The notes beneath the pieces were generated by a model. It was not told the origin of the DNA, did not search any database, and saw only the letters and a list, made by a program, of their open reading frames with translations. From NCBI RefSeq assembly GCF_009834535.1, contig NC_045707.1, positions 49,540,001-49,604,000 of the forward strand: a stretch of 64,000 bases of DNA. The letters run 5' to 3'. The translations under genes and the position numbers were made by a program. The DNA is from Camelus ferus. Lineage: Eukaryota. This document shows positions 51,111 through 64,000 of the stretch, in pieces (position 1 is the stretch's first letter; the number at the start of each line of letters is the position of its first letter).

Positions 51111-53209
51111 GTTCTTTACCAAACAAGAAGTAAAACTTCAATGATTGATTCAGACATACTTTAGGTACTATCAAACATTCTCCAGTTTTAAACTATTTTC
51201 AAGTCAAGGGATCCCTCGTTTACATTTAGCCTTTAATTTCTTTGTTCATTAAACACCTATTCATTGATCACTCCCATGTGCTCGTCACTATGGTGGGTGC
51301 CTGAAGCTAGTCTAGTGAGAGATACAGAAAAATCCAACACTATGTAGTAAGAGCTGTAATAGAGGAGGTGACTGGTGCCACTGGAGGACAGAAGTCCAAC
51401 TCCTTCCAACCCAGGGATCAGGAAAGGCACGTGGATAAGTGGCAGCTAAGTTACATTTTGAAGAATGAGGTAGTCAGGTACAAAGAAGAAGATAGGACCA
51501 AAAGAGAGTAACCATGGCCAGGGAGTGAGGGATACAGCAGGACACAAGGGACCTAAGAAGGGCCGTGCTAACCAGTTACAACTGTATTCTAAGAGTAGTG
51601 GGTATAACTTGAAGAGTAATCAAAAAACTTAGATAACAGTATTCAAATAAGTCAATAATTAGGAGAGGAGTATTGTTTCTGAAGAAAAGATGGAGGGGAA
51701 AAGGAAATTAGCATTTGTTGAACACCTAATGTCTGAAGGCATAGTGCCAGGTGATCGAGCATGCTTTGTCATTCAGGAAGAACATTTCAAATTTTCCCCA
51801 CTGTGGAGCTCAGAGAAATAACCTGCCTATGATCTCAGGGAAGAGCTAGAATTTGAACTTGTATCTGATTTCAAAACCAATACTTTCGTCCCCCATCATC
51901 CACCACGAAGATTCCAGAGCTCCTCCAAGCCAAAGACCAAAAAGGAGAAAGGACTCCTTCCTACAAACCCTCATTCATTTCATGATATGATACCGTCTTT
52001 GAAAAAGAATAATAGCTGTACGTGAAAGAGCTTAATATCACTCTGAGAAATTTCTCTGTGATCTTTTAACTATAAGCATCAGAGAATAAAGAACTAAATA
52101 TATGAGCAAAATATATTAAGAAAAAACAACAACAACAAAAAACACTTGATGACCAGCCAGGTTAGAAACTTGATCACCTCCGAAAATATCTTCTCTGCTT
52201 CCCCTGAAAAAGGAAGAATAAACACCCCCACCATGCCCCCATGCGTAAAGCTCCCTGGAGCTTCCTCGAGTTGCTCAAGGCATCATTCTGTATATTGGCA
52301 AAGTACACTGACCCTAAAGGATGTGAGGTCCATTTCTGTTTCTGACAGGGTGACCCTGCACACCTCGGCTCCTAGCAGGAGAGAAAGCTTCAGGAGAAGA
52401 ATGCTCATTATTTGCTGAGGCTAAGTCTTTGTTCGTTATGTTCCCATGAATAACTTATATCTGCGTGGCCTCACGAACAGTGGCCCTGACAGGGCTGACA
52501 TGGCAGCATCATACACCGACTCCTGATCCACCCTCCCAAGAGAAAATGGAATATTTGCTCGTTTCATGTTTCACTAAGGCAGGCTCTTCAACTATTTATA
52601 AGTTGAGCAGAAATTTCCACTACTTCAGCTGACACAACTGGCTCTCCCTAGCAACTGATAAGAGAGAGCCTTTAGGAAGCCGGCTTTGGCGAAAGCCAGT
52701 AGCAGTGGAGAGGGGAACAAGGTTGCCGCCAAGGGAAGTTCTCCTCCAGCAGGTGCTGCTGTCCTCCTCATTCATTCTTCCTCTGCACCACTGCGGCGAA
52801 GACCCCACATCTACAGCTTATCTAGAATGGATTTGCCAATAACTTTTTGCACACATGCCTGTGGGGAGGTGCCCATGCCTTATCAATGCTTATTAAGGAC
52901 GTGACTGAAATTGACACTGATAATATCACAGTGCCCTTCTTTTTCTGGAATAAGGGCTGTCACCTTTAATTCAGTCCTATCCAATTCAAAACACATTCAT
53001 TGAGGACCTTCAATGTACTGGTTCTGGGAATTCAATGATTAATAAAATTCCATCTTTGCCCTCCAAAGGCTTAAAACCTATTAGGGGAGTAGACAAACAG
53101 AAAATATTGCCTGAGTTAACTGCCCTGCCAGGGAAAACCCAAGGAATCGAGGAGGTCACTTAACCCAAGCTGGAGGATGACTTTATTGATAACACACGCA
53201 GACCCAGAG

Positions 53210-53400
53210 CTGTGTACATTTCTTATCTTATTTAATCCTCACAGTAGCCCTCCCCACGAGGCTAGTCCTATTAGTAACCTAAGTTTTCAGGTCAGGAAAC
53301 CCAGGTTCAGATAGGTTAAGTAGATTGTTCAATCTGACAAGCAAGTGGCAGATAAAAAATTCAAACAGCCCAGTCTAACCACAAAGACCATGCGCTTACT
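53210..53400 (-). mobile_element. MIR SINE
   Basis: ATTTAATCCTCACAGTAGCCCT..GGAAACCCAGGTTCAGATAGGTTAAGT. Confidence 0.75.
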
Positions 53401-53604
53401 TATAAAATTGTATTGCACCTAAACAGCAATTTTCAGAGTTTAATGTTCATGATTATGCTCAATTATTTTTCAAGGAATGCTTGCTAAATTTCTACTATGT
53501 TCTAGGCAGTAAAAGGGACATGTTTGGGGTGGGACAGTATAGGGTAGTTCTGGACCTCTGGAACTTGCCTTTGAAGATCATCACAGGCAAAGAGTTTTGA
53601 ATGA

Positions 53605-54430
53605 GAGCATTCAGTCAATTAATTATTCCAGAAATATTTGCAGAATACTATTTTGTATCAGGCACCATGCCTGATTCTAAGAATATAGAGTGGTCTTAGA
53701 AAAAGAAAATATCTCTGTCCTCCTGGAATTTATATTCAGGAATAAATGCAAATAAGCACACATTATGTTGAAGGTGGTAAGTGCTATGAAGAAAAGTCAA
53801 GTTGAGCAAGGAGCAGAGAGCAAGGATGTGCGACTAAGGGGAGAACTGGGCATCTTGAATCCTCTGATCAGCAAAGCTTCTCTGAGAATTGGTGAGAATT
53901 GGAGGCAAAACCTGAATAGGGAGAAGAAATGAGTGATGTGGTCACCTGTGTGGAGTCTGTATGGCTGGGCGGAAGCAACAGACAGTGCAAAGGCTCTAAA
54001 GCAGGAGCCTGTTTAGAGGGTACCAGGAATGGCAATAGGGCAGATGACGAGAGACTGAGAGCAATAGGAGAGGGGTGGGGAGTCAAAGGACAGATCATCC
54101 AGGGCCTTGTTAGCAGTACACGGAGTTCCCTTTTTCTTAGCAAGGGAAAGGAAATCCACTGGAGAAATTTGAATGGTGGTGGGGAGGGGTGTGTGAGACA
54201 TACTGATTAACTTTTTAACCTTATTCTGGACTCTCTGTGGAGGACTGATTATGGGGACAAATGAGTAGAAACAGGAAGCCCAATTAGAAGGTTACACAAG
54301 CCTAAATTTGAGATGATAGTGGGTTAAAGTGGAAGCAGTGGAGGTTGTCAGATTGGGGATGTATTTTTCATGATAGTGCTGACAGATGAGATTAGATGTG
54401 GGCTGTGAGGGAAAAAGGAAGAGTGAACGC
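53605..54430 (-). mobile_element. L2a-like LINE 3' region
   Basis: CATTCAGTCAAT..AAATATTTGC..GGCACCATGC, CAGTGCAAAGGCTCT, CAGATCATCCAGGGCCTTGT, CAATTAGAAGGTTA. Confidence 0.85.
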
Positions 54431-54944
54431 ACTTAAATTCCTGGAACGGTGCCTGGGACAGAGTTTGTACTCAAGATGTAGAAAATCTGCCTTCCTCTCT
54501 CAGAACCCAACACAACTTACTTGAGGAAACAAATCATATACATAATTAATTAACACAGAGTTAGTAAGTAGCCTCTATTTGTGTTCAAATAAACCACGGG
54601 GAAGAATTACTTAAAGAATTCTGGTTTTATCCAGTGTGAGGGAACTCCTATTCTTGGTAAAAGTGTCTGATACTACTGTAGGTAGAACACAGTTCTATTT
54701 ATTGTAAAACTGAAATATTGCTTTGCAAGAGGTATCCCATGGAACTCCCCCAAACTAGGTCAGCTCTCCTTGTTACAGCCTCTCTGCACTCCTGTATCGT
54801 TCCATCACAGCTCTTGTCAGTTTCAAATTCGGTATATTTGATTAATATTTGCCTCCCCTCAGCTGTCATCCCTTAACTTTGAAACATTTCCCTAGAAAAA
54901 AATATAGTAGGCATTCAAAAATATTTGTTGGAAAAATGAATCAG

Positions 54945-55440
54945 CACCCCTGTGTTCATTGCAACAGTATTCACAATAGCTGAGATGCAGAAACAACAAA
55001 CTAAATATTTAGTAGCAGATGAATGGATAAATAAAATGTGGTATATACATGCAATGGAATACTATTCAGCCTTAAAAAAGGGAAGGAAAGTCTGTAAAAT
55101 GCAACAACATGGATGAAACTTGAGGGCCTTATGCTAAGTGCAACAAGCCAGTCATAGAAAGACAAATACTGCTTGATTCCACTCATATAAGCCATCTAAA
55201 ATAGTCAAATTAGAATCAAAGAGTGGAATGGTAGTTGCCAAGGGCTGGGAGGAAAAGGAAATAGAGAGTTACTAACCAACAGGCATGATGTTTCAGTTAA
55301 GCAAGATGAGTAAGCTCCAGAGATGTGCAGTACAACATTGTACCTACAGTCAATAATAATGTACTTTTACACTTAAAATTTTGTTGAGTATAAATCTCAT
55401 GTTAAATGTTTTACCACAATAACATAAAAACTTTTAAAAA
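54945..55440 (+). mobile_element. L1MB-like LINE-1 3' end
   Basis: GATGAATGGATAAATAAAATGTGGTATATACATGCAATGGAATACTATTCAGCCTTAAAAAAG..TTTCAGTTAAGCAAGATGAGTAAG..TTTACCACAATAA. Confidence 0.92.
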
Positions 55441-55596
55441 GAACAATAAAAATGTTTTTTAAAATTCATTTTTATTCTTGAAACAGAGAGCAAAAGACCT
55501 ATGAAGAAAAATATAGTGATGCTTAATAAGTGATGAGTACTTAATTTGATTTTTAAAATTCTGTTTATAATCACGAATTATCCTACTTGTAGTATA

Positions 55597-55641
55597 CAGG
55601 ACTTGTTTCAGCAGAACCAGGACTTGTTTCAGCAGAACCAG
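55597..55641 (+). repeat. Perfect 21-bp tandem duplication
   Basis: CAGGACTTGTTTCAGCAGAAC x2 plus CAG. Confidence 0.95.
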
Positions 55642-55977
55642 AACTACCACAGAGAAATTGCTTCTTACAAGCCATCTAGGACTGTAGGCAGTGGTAAAGT
55701 TTATGGTTTCATATCAGAGCTTGTGAGATGCATTTGAGATTGACTGGGCATTGACTCAGAATAACTGATGTCTACAGCCAGGTACAAATGAAGCGTGTCT
55801 CACCAGAATTACAGACGTAGCCGCCTCTCACTATTCTCCTTGCTTCACCCTTGCCCTCTAAAGACTTTTTCAGCACAGCAGCCAGACTGATTCTTTTAGA
55901 ATATGTCAGTCTTTTGCATATCTCCTCATCTCTCTTAGAATAAATGCCAATATCCTTATATTGGTCTCCAACACCTT

Positions 55978-56487
55978 TATCAGTCAGAGGCCTAGAGGGA
56001 AACTAGGTAGCAAAATTAAACCGGTAATTGAGGGGAGTTTAATAAAGAGACTACTTACAAAAGTGAGGGTGAGGGTTAAAAAGATCAGTCATAGGTGATG
56101 CACTACCCCCGAGGCTAGCAGCAGCAGAGGGCGATCACTATCTCTCCTCCTCCTGGGGCAAGATGAGACAGCAGTTACCAATTACATGATCCCAGGCGAG
56201 TAGCTTCATGGAGAGGGCGGCCTGATAGGAACTGTGGCCTGAGGGAAAAGAGTCAAGTCACCAGACAGCAACCCACAGGCAGGAAGCCAGGGAATGAAGT
56301 TCCCGGCCTCAGTATTCTCCAGCCCTCAGGTCTTCTGGCTGTAACCCACACTGGCTAAATCCTCCTGGAAGCTGATAGGCCAAAGAGTTTGCTGATGTGG
56401 TCCATACCTGTCTGCCTTCTGGGGCTCAGAACAGGGTAGAGAAGAGAAAAGAATGGATCTAGAGGAGCAAATGGGAAATGCTCAGCT
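55978..56487 (-). mobile_element. ERVL LTR33-like solo LTR inserted in an L2
   Basis: GGTAATTGAGGGGAGTTTAATAAAGAGACTACTTACAAAAGTG..AATGGATCTAGAGGAGCAAATGG; L2-type text on both sides (about 55790-55975 and 56490-56990). Confidence 0.75.
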
Positions 56488-59400
56488 AATGCCCAATGTG
56501 ATCTGCCCCTTGCCTCTTCTTGGTGCCTCCTGCTGCACTCATTCTCACCTCCTTGACATATCTTGATACTCCAGGCACTGTGCAACTTTAGAGTTTTTGT
56601 ATTTGCTATTCCCTCTGCTTGGAACACTTTTTCCTGCTATCTACACAGCTCATTTCTCACTCACTTCAAGCTCAAATGCCGCCTTCTCCATGTTACATCC
56701 CAGAAAAGCCTGTTTAAAATTACAAACCACCTCCCTCAACATCCTAATCCCCTTAACTCTCTTCTACTTTTCCTTTCTCGTCGTTCTTATCATATACTAT
56801 ATCATATGATGTAGGGTTGGGTACTACATTATTGAATTTTTTCATTACATCTATTGTTAATTGTCAGCTTCCTCTACTTCCTTGCTAGAATACAGCCTCC
56901 AAGGAAATGATATTTGGTGTTTGGGGGGGATGAGGGGTGGGTGAGAGCTTTAGCTGATATATTCTAGTGGCTAGAAATAGTGTAAAACAAAACATAATCA
57001 AATTAGAGGGAACTAATCAGCTTAAGTGCAGTATTCAAATGCTCTCACAAATAGCATGTTGAATTTTGTTTATAAAGACAAGTAGAAGTAAATATCTATG
57101 TTAAAACTTAAACAGCACTGCTCCCTTGTCCACCCTCAAGAGCTAGATTAAGGTTGACATTAAGTCTGACCAACTGTTAAATGAATTTCTGTCCCTCTGT
57201 AAAGTAGCTTTACATAAAACTACTCCTTCTCTTACATTTCATTAAATTAATTCAGTAAATGGTAGTGAGCCAAAGACCACGTTCTCTTGAATCTGATCTC
57301 CTTTAGCGAAGGTGGATGGAACCACATCAAACTCTGGTTACACCTTTTGAAAATACTAAGAACCAACCCCCCCCCCCCCCAAAAAACATAGAGTGAAGTC
57401 ACTGTCTGGGAGATGCTTAATTCTGCTGCAAGATAAATGAAATCACACATACAGTATGTAACTGTATATTTTAGTAACTTCTCAAAGAAAGCCATAGACT
57501 TGCAGAGCTTAGAGAGCGTAGAGATCAATGCATCACTACCGCTTTGCAGACGAGGAGACAAAGGTTCTGAGAAGTCCAGCAGCTTGGTCCTAATCGCAGC
57601 GCACAGCAGGCAAGTGGCCTGAGTGAGATGTAGAACCAAGGCCACCACCTTCCTGGGCCAGGGCTCTTCTCACCATGCGAGTAAAAACTATAAAAATCCA
57701 GAGACAAAAGACCTTTGCAGTGATTCTATTTGTGCATGTCTTCAATTTATACTTAACCAGCATGGAAATATTTAGAACCAAAAGTGTTTATCACCATAAG
57801 TGTATGAAGACAGGTTCATTGCACCAAATATACATGACTACACAAGGGTTATTTTAAAAATTCCTTTATAAGGACAATTATGTGACTAATAACCATATAA
57901 GGGTAATGAAATGGAAGACAGCAGACCTACAGTGAGGAAAAGTACTTTTTATTCAGGCTTCTCACAAATTTAAAACAGGATAGAAGTGGGTAATGATCTC
58001 ATCTTCCCCATCAGTTCTTCCCCCACAAAGCAGGGAACTCTAGAGCTGTGCAGATGTACAAATCCTCTAGAGTTCTTAAAATGAAGGCATATTTTTATAG
58101 TGTCATCAGTAGCCATAAAAGCTTTGCCAATCGTATTTATGTGCATCATGGTAGCGTTTTTAAATGTTAGTTCAGACTCTAGTAAGAAATTGTAAGTAGG
58201 TAGTGTTTAAAAGCAGAGAATTAGTCTTCTTGAAATATCTAATTTATTTGCAAGCCGAAGGAAAAGCTTCTCAAAGACAATATCACAATATTCCATTTAA
58301 AGTCATCCAAAATGACAAAGGAAAAATCTAACCAGGGAGTCATCGACCTCATAATAGGAAGGAACTTCCTTTAAACTCCTTATTAAAGGAATATTTTTAA
58401 AGTAGGTTAGGTATATCCTTAAAACAAGAAAGTCTCTTTGGATGTCTGGTTTTTGTTCCCTTCAGGCTATTGTGTCATTCAGCTCAGTTTATCCAATGCA
58501 CAGGGGTCATGGCTTTGGAGAGGTGATGTGGGTAGATAAAAGGCCGCTTCTGTAGGTCTTTGCCTTCATACATTTCCACCTCACGCACTTCTTTTACAAG
58601 CTCACTCCTTGGATAAAAATCTACAGAATCAACCCAGAAAATATATGATGCCTTGAAATGCGATGTTTTCTTCTTTCCTTTTCTTCTAATATCATAAACC
58701 GGGCAATGATTTTATATGTGTGTAAACATCAAGAACTTTGACTGTGGCTTATCAAGGTCAGACAATTTAATCTTAGTGGGTTGCAAGTTAGGCAAGAAAG
58801 CCATGGGAAGAGGAACAGGTGTCTCTGACATGCATGCAGAGGATCTAGGCAAATCAAAATTTCACTTGATTTGGTATCAATAGAAAGAGAAAGCATAAGA
58901 TCAAATATTGATCTATAGAAGCTCTTACAATTTTTTCTGCTTTTAGAGAATTAGTCCAATGGACTCCTTCCAACACAAGGGGAAAAAAAAAAATATATAT
59001 ATATATATATTTAACTGTGCCTTAACTACCTATGAAGTAAATGTGTTTATTTGAAGATTTGTTTTCTTGTCACTTTGATTTGTGTTATGATGCCTAGGGC
59101 TTTAAAGTGTGGGCCATGGGAGGCTTGAATTTGAAATGCCTTTAAGCTTCTATGGAAAGCTTGAACCATTCTTCCAAAAATGTGTGCAATATTTTGATAA
59201 ACATTTACGGAAATAAGCATTACAGAAAGTAAAGATCAGCATTCCTGAGCTAAACTAAAAAGAAGTGTTTTTAATCAATGGGAAAAGTAAATGCAATTTA
59301 CTAGCTAAGCTATGACAATTAAAATATAAGTTTCATGCAGACAGAGATAATGTCGATACTGTTCATTATTGTATTTCTAATGCCTAGCACAATGTTTAGC

Positions 59401-60284
59401 CCATTGTAGAGGCTCAATAAATAATGTTTCTAAAATAAATGAACACAGTAAATGAAAAAACAGTCTTCCATAGCCAAATAAAAGATCCCCAGAAAATAGA
59501 AAACCAGTTCATCAGAAGACATTTCTACAGGATGAAACTCTCCTGTAAGAACTATTTCCCTTTGTTCTTAATGTGGTTTCACCAAGGAACCACATAGACT
59601 GTAATTAGTTCTCCTGAATTGCCATGCTCATAGGGAATAGTAATTTATAACTGATTACAAATTAATACATTGGCTTTTTGACACAGGTTAGTTCCATATC
59701 CCATGAGTTGTAGACTGTGTGAACAAGCTTTCCTAGGGTTTCTTCAGAAACCTGACCATGTAGGTTCTTACACTCAAGGAAATTTCACAATTTCAGATAG
59801 CAACCTGTAAGCTCTGAGGTAAATAGCCAGCCCCGCTGTACAATACCATGTAAAAATGTAATTTGTATCTTGTGGATACTACTTTCAAGAGGAAAAGAAT
59901 GTCATAATTTCAGTGTTCTAATACATTTAGGGAATCCTGGTCCTCTCGTTTCTCTAAATTTCCACCGTATAAGGACTCAATAAATATATATTTGATTATC
60001 AGTAAGACTTGTTAAAACACGAATTTCATGTCATCACTACAATCTTTCCTTGAAGTTGAACTTGCCTTAGGGAAACAAATAAGAAAGAACTTTTTTTCAT
60101 CATAAATCCCTGTTGAAATCTACCCTAACTGCATACATGCATGCATGCAAGAATTTATTCTTTCATTCAACCAATATATTTGATGTGCCTGTGGGCACTT
60201 AGTTAGCTTCTGTTACGTTAGTAAGCATACTGTGGTGAGGGGGATGTTGGTTAGTGACAGTTTCTTTGATCAATTCTGGCTAAA

Positions 60285-60685
60285 TGTAGTAGCTTGCTAG
60301 AGATACTGTAACAAAATACCACACACATGGTAGCTTAAACAACAGAAATTTATTGTCTCACAGAGCTGGAGGCTGGAAGTCCAAGCTTAAGGGGCCAGCA
60401 GTGTTGGCTTCCTCCGGGGCCTCTTTTTGGCTTGCAGGTGGCTGCCCTCTTGCTGCCTCTTCATGTGTTCATCCCTCTGTGCACGTGCATCCCTCATGTC
60501 TCTTTTATGTGTCCAAATTCCCTCTTATTAGTTTACTAGTCAAATTGGATTAGGGCCCATCCAAATGGCCTCATTTTAATCACTTCTTTTAAAGCCATAT
60601 CTCCGAATACAGTCACACTCTGAGGTACTGTGGGTTAGGGTTTCAACATATAAATTGTAGGATGGACACAATTCAGTTCGTAACA
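60285..60685 (-). mobile_element. MaLR solo LTR MLT1B-like
   Basis: TG...CA ends; TSD CTAAA/CTAAC; GCTTAAACAACAGAAATTTATTGTCTCACAG..GGACACAATTCAGTTCGTAACA. Confidence 0.9.
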
Positions 60686-60985
60686 CTAACATAATGCTTT
60701 ATGAACATGGGGTAGTATAAAGTATTTACTGGAGATGTAAGCTTGGAGAAGCAGTGATAGAGGAAGTACAGAGCAGAGTCGTATCTGTATGAATTAGGTA
60801 GGAGAGAGTAGAAATTAATGAAGGACAGTCATAATGGAATGAAATATCATGTTGGAAGAAAGTGACCAATAAAGGTGAAGTTAGCTGTGCCTTAAATACC
60901 ATGGTAATCCCTGAAGGAACACTGGATCATCAGATGTGGATATGTTTCCACCTTCGTCTTGTATAAACTAGCCCATTTCCCAAGT

Positions 60986-61133
60986 ACAGATGGATTTACT
61001 GAAAAACTAATGAGGCTCAACTTCAGTGCCCCTCGAGGCTCTTCCTAGGGCCATTGATCTAATTTCATATTCATAATTTTTTATTATTTTTTTAAGAGGA
61101 TCTTGGACTCCATGTAATCTGAATCTGTTTCTG
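60986..61133. mobile_element. hAT MITE MER53-like
   Basis: GGATTTACTGAAAAACTAATGAGGCT..CTTCAGTGCCCCTC..CTAATTTCATATTCATAATTTT..AATCTGAATCTGTTTCTG. Confidence 0.7.
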
Positions 61134-63204
61134 ATTGCAAGTATTTTCAGCCATTTTCAGAGAAAGAGGTTTTAGGTGTTTCTTGGGTTAAAGTCTTAGA
61201 AATGGGTATTTACTTGGCACAAATAATAACTCAGGTATTCTATAAAATATGACTCTTAAGTAATAGTCTTTCACTGCAATAGCAGTTACTACAGTCTGCA
61301 TTCTTGGGAATTTGAATCTTTAACTGACTTTCAGATTATAGATACTCGGAAGTGTCCTGGTCATGTAGTAGTCTGTCTCTCTCTGTCTCTGTTTTTGTCT
61401 TTCTCATGCACACACACACACCATACTCACATTTATTTTTGTGCCAGCAATCCAAACTGGGCAACTAACCTGCACAATTAATTTTTCAAGTAAATTGTGT
61501 GTGTCTAATAACTATAGTTAAAAATATGTTTGAAGTCTTTCCAGTTTCCTTTCACAGGGAACCATCTTCCCCTCATTTCTTCTTATACGTTTGGATTAAT
61601 AGTTCCCTCTAAGTTCCCCAAGTGTGCACATATCAAAGCCCAGCCATTGTAACATTTCCTTATTTTGATACTAGCCACAAAATAATTTCTTCACTTTCTC
61701 TTGGAAAAAAAAAAAAAGTGTAAACATCTTACATGATGCAAAATGCCATTGCCCAGTAGACCTTTCCAGAGGCATTACATGTGGTGAAAATTGTTTTCAT
61801 ACTGTTCCCTTTAGAAGATTTTCTACATTTCATTTTTGAGTTTTGTATGTAGCTCTTCCTGGCAACAGCTTTGGAGTTGAGGACAGAAAGGTAGCTCTTG
61901 GTTGGAAAGCAAAAGAAGTTGTGAGATGAGATCCATGAAGCAAGACAGTTCAATTTGCCTAACAAAGCAAAATTCCCCAAATGAGTTACTCTTAAAGCAC
62001 TGTAATCAGCCATGCTTCTCAAAACGCCTGGGTTATATCTAGCCCCACTCACACGATGGTAATTATCAGCTGCCACCACACAGAAGTGTTGCATTCCCTG
62101 CTACTCTTTTTTTTTTTCCCCCCAAAATGTCAGCTTGTAATCTGAAGGAAAATTACAAACCCTACTTTTTTAGGAATGTTTAAAATAAACCCACAAAAGC
62201 ACCAAGCCTGTTACAATTACTGTCCTGCTTTAAGAGAGAAATATCCCAGGTGGTGTTTTATCTCTGCAGCATCTATTTCTAAAGGTTAGCCACCATGAAA
62301 GGAGCAATAGTGCCTTGTATAATAGCAGACCAAGGCCAGTTTTTGGGAGAAACCAAAACTTCCTTAAGAAGCTTTGAGTCTTTATTGAAGATAAACGTAA
62401 ACTACCCTAAGGATTATCACGCTAGTGCTACTTTAATAAAATGTCACTGCATAAAAAATTGCAATATCGATCATCGTTTGTATGATGCTGATAATAATGT
62501 GTAGCGGTTCCCTCTTGTTTAATAGAAACATAAAACCCATATCAAGTGGAATGTTTTATGCTAATGGCAGCATTTCCAATGAAATTGCCAATATAAATCG
62601 CTTTGATATGTCATCATTCCTTATTTTAACAACTACTTTTACGCTGCACACCTTAGAGCCGTTATACCATTCGGCTTGTAAAAGAAAAAATGAAATATCA
62701 ATCAAAACATAATAAGCAGAACTCTACTGAGAAAACTTTTTAGCATAACAAATCCACATGAGTTCAAGGCACAGAGGTTTACAAGGAGAGTCTGCCCAGA
62801 ATACTAAGAAACCTTTTAATGATGGAAACAGGTCACTGAGAAATCCATAAATTCACCTTTCTTCATGTATTTTAAGCTAGACCTAGATAAGTAGACTGAG
62901 AACTTGGAGGCAAAAGATCTGGTTGTGGTCCTGGCTCAGGCATGAACAGTCTGGACAATGTTTAGCAAACCTCTAGCCTCAGTTTCCAGAAATGAGGCTC
63001 CCTAAGGTCTCTTTCAACTCCAACACCAACTTTCTACAACAATAAGTTCCCTAAAAGATGGAGAAAAACTAGGTCGCTTCATGAATTCAATGCAATTCAG
63101 GACACGATTTCTAATAATAACTTCCTCCTATCCCTTATAAAATATACCTCATTCCTATGTTTGTCCCCTATGTTTATACATCCAAAAAGGAGAAAGGATC
63201 TGAA

Positions 63205-63350
63205 AGGAAGAGCTGGGTTCATACATCCCAACTGCAACTCTCTGCTAGTTGTATGACCTTGGACAATGTACTTCTAAAATTCCAGTTTATTCATTTATGA
63301 AAGCAGGATAATATTCTTTATCTTGTACAGTAGGGGTGATGATTATAGTT
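63205..63350 (+). mobile_element. MIR SINE
   Basis: CTGGGTTCATACATCCC..TGTATGACCTTGGACAA..CAGTTTATTCATTTATGAAAGCAGGATAATA. Confidence 0.75.
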
Positions 63351-64000
63351 AATATTTCTAATCCATCATTCATCATTCCTTCAATTTAGTAGCATTCAAT
63401 AACTAGTGGTTATTATATGTGTGTGTGTATACATATTCACTCATACATAATACGTACTCTACCAGCCTTGGAGAAAATTGCCTCCAGCTCTAACCAGAAA
63501 TGGGAGTCAGTAATTCTTATGTTATTAAATCTAAACTGAAAATACATTCCATTCATAGTGGTATGATCAGATCGATACTCGGTCATGCCAATGTAACATT
63601 AAAATTCTTTATTATACTGTCTGTTACCACTACCAAGAGCCCAATATGAATGTTATCTGTCTGGACAAGGTGTACAATCTATAGCAGGTAGAATGGACCA
63701 CCCGTAGAGGTCTAGTCTGCCATTTCACAGTTCCAATAATTTAGAAATGGTATTATATGTCACTTTTCTACAACAAATCAGAATAGCCCAAGGTTCAGTG
63801 CAGATTAGAATGCATCCACTCCAATGTCATCTCTTTAGCTCATCCAGATTATTTAATCTAGCCAAATAATAGACCAAAGCATGCAAAATACCTACATACT
63901 TCAAATGTGGATCCTTGCTCAGATATGCTATGAAAATTCTAAGAAAATTTTCTTCACCCCTTGCTACTCAGCCTAAATGATTTCATTACCTTGGTCTTTA

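Noticed and set aside
58033..58077. CTCTAGAG resemblance to primate miR-515/520 family arms
   Set aside because: Only an 8-nt palindromic word matches, the hairpin is too short, and that family is primate-specific.
61729..62712. ORFs of 69-121 aa as host exons
   Set aside because: No domain similarity or convincing splice architecture; better explained as non-coding.

Overview
Non-coding mammalian genomic DNA. It is most likely camelid, based on a Vic-1-type tRNA-derived SINE with TSD at 36737-36884 and cetartiodactyl-type L1 3' ends and ERV1 LTRs. I found no host exon, RNA gene or CpG island, so this looks like a gene desert or large intron. The only genuine protein-coding sequence is a young, 5'-truncated, minus-strand LINE-1 (8824-11630, 10-bp TSD). 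Its ORF2 has one +1 frameshift and a YADD->YDDD change. The rest is layered repeats: MIR, L2, MLT1 MaLR LTRs (one deleted provirus), ERVL, ERV1 and Gypsy-type LTRs, Tigger/hAT MITEs and simple repeats. The most notable reading-level results are (i) a multi-kb CR1/L3 ORF2 fossil with recognisable endonuclease and RT motifs, (ii) two or three very old RTE-clade RT fossils visible only by frame-hopping translation, (iii) a MER41-like LTR with a perfect STAT GAS motif, and (iv) several repeat-free, CpG-retaining blocks that look like conserved enhancers. I cannot support a novel biological system here. Repeat family names are from recognition by eye and need RepeatMasker/Dfam confirmation. Boundaries of old repeats are approximate.
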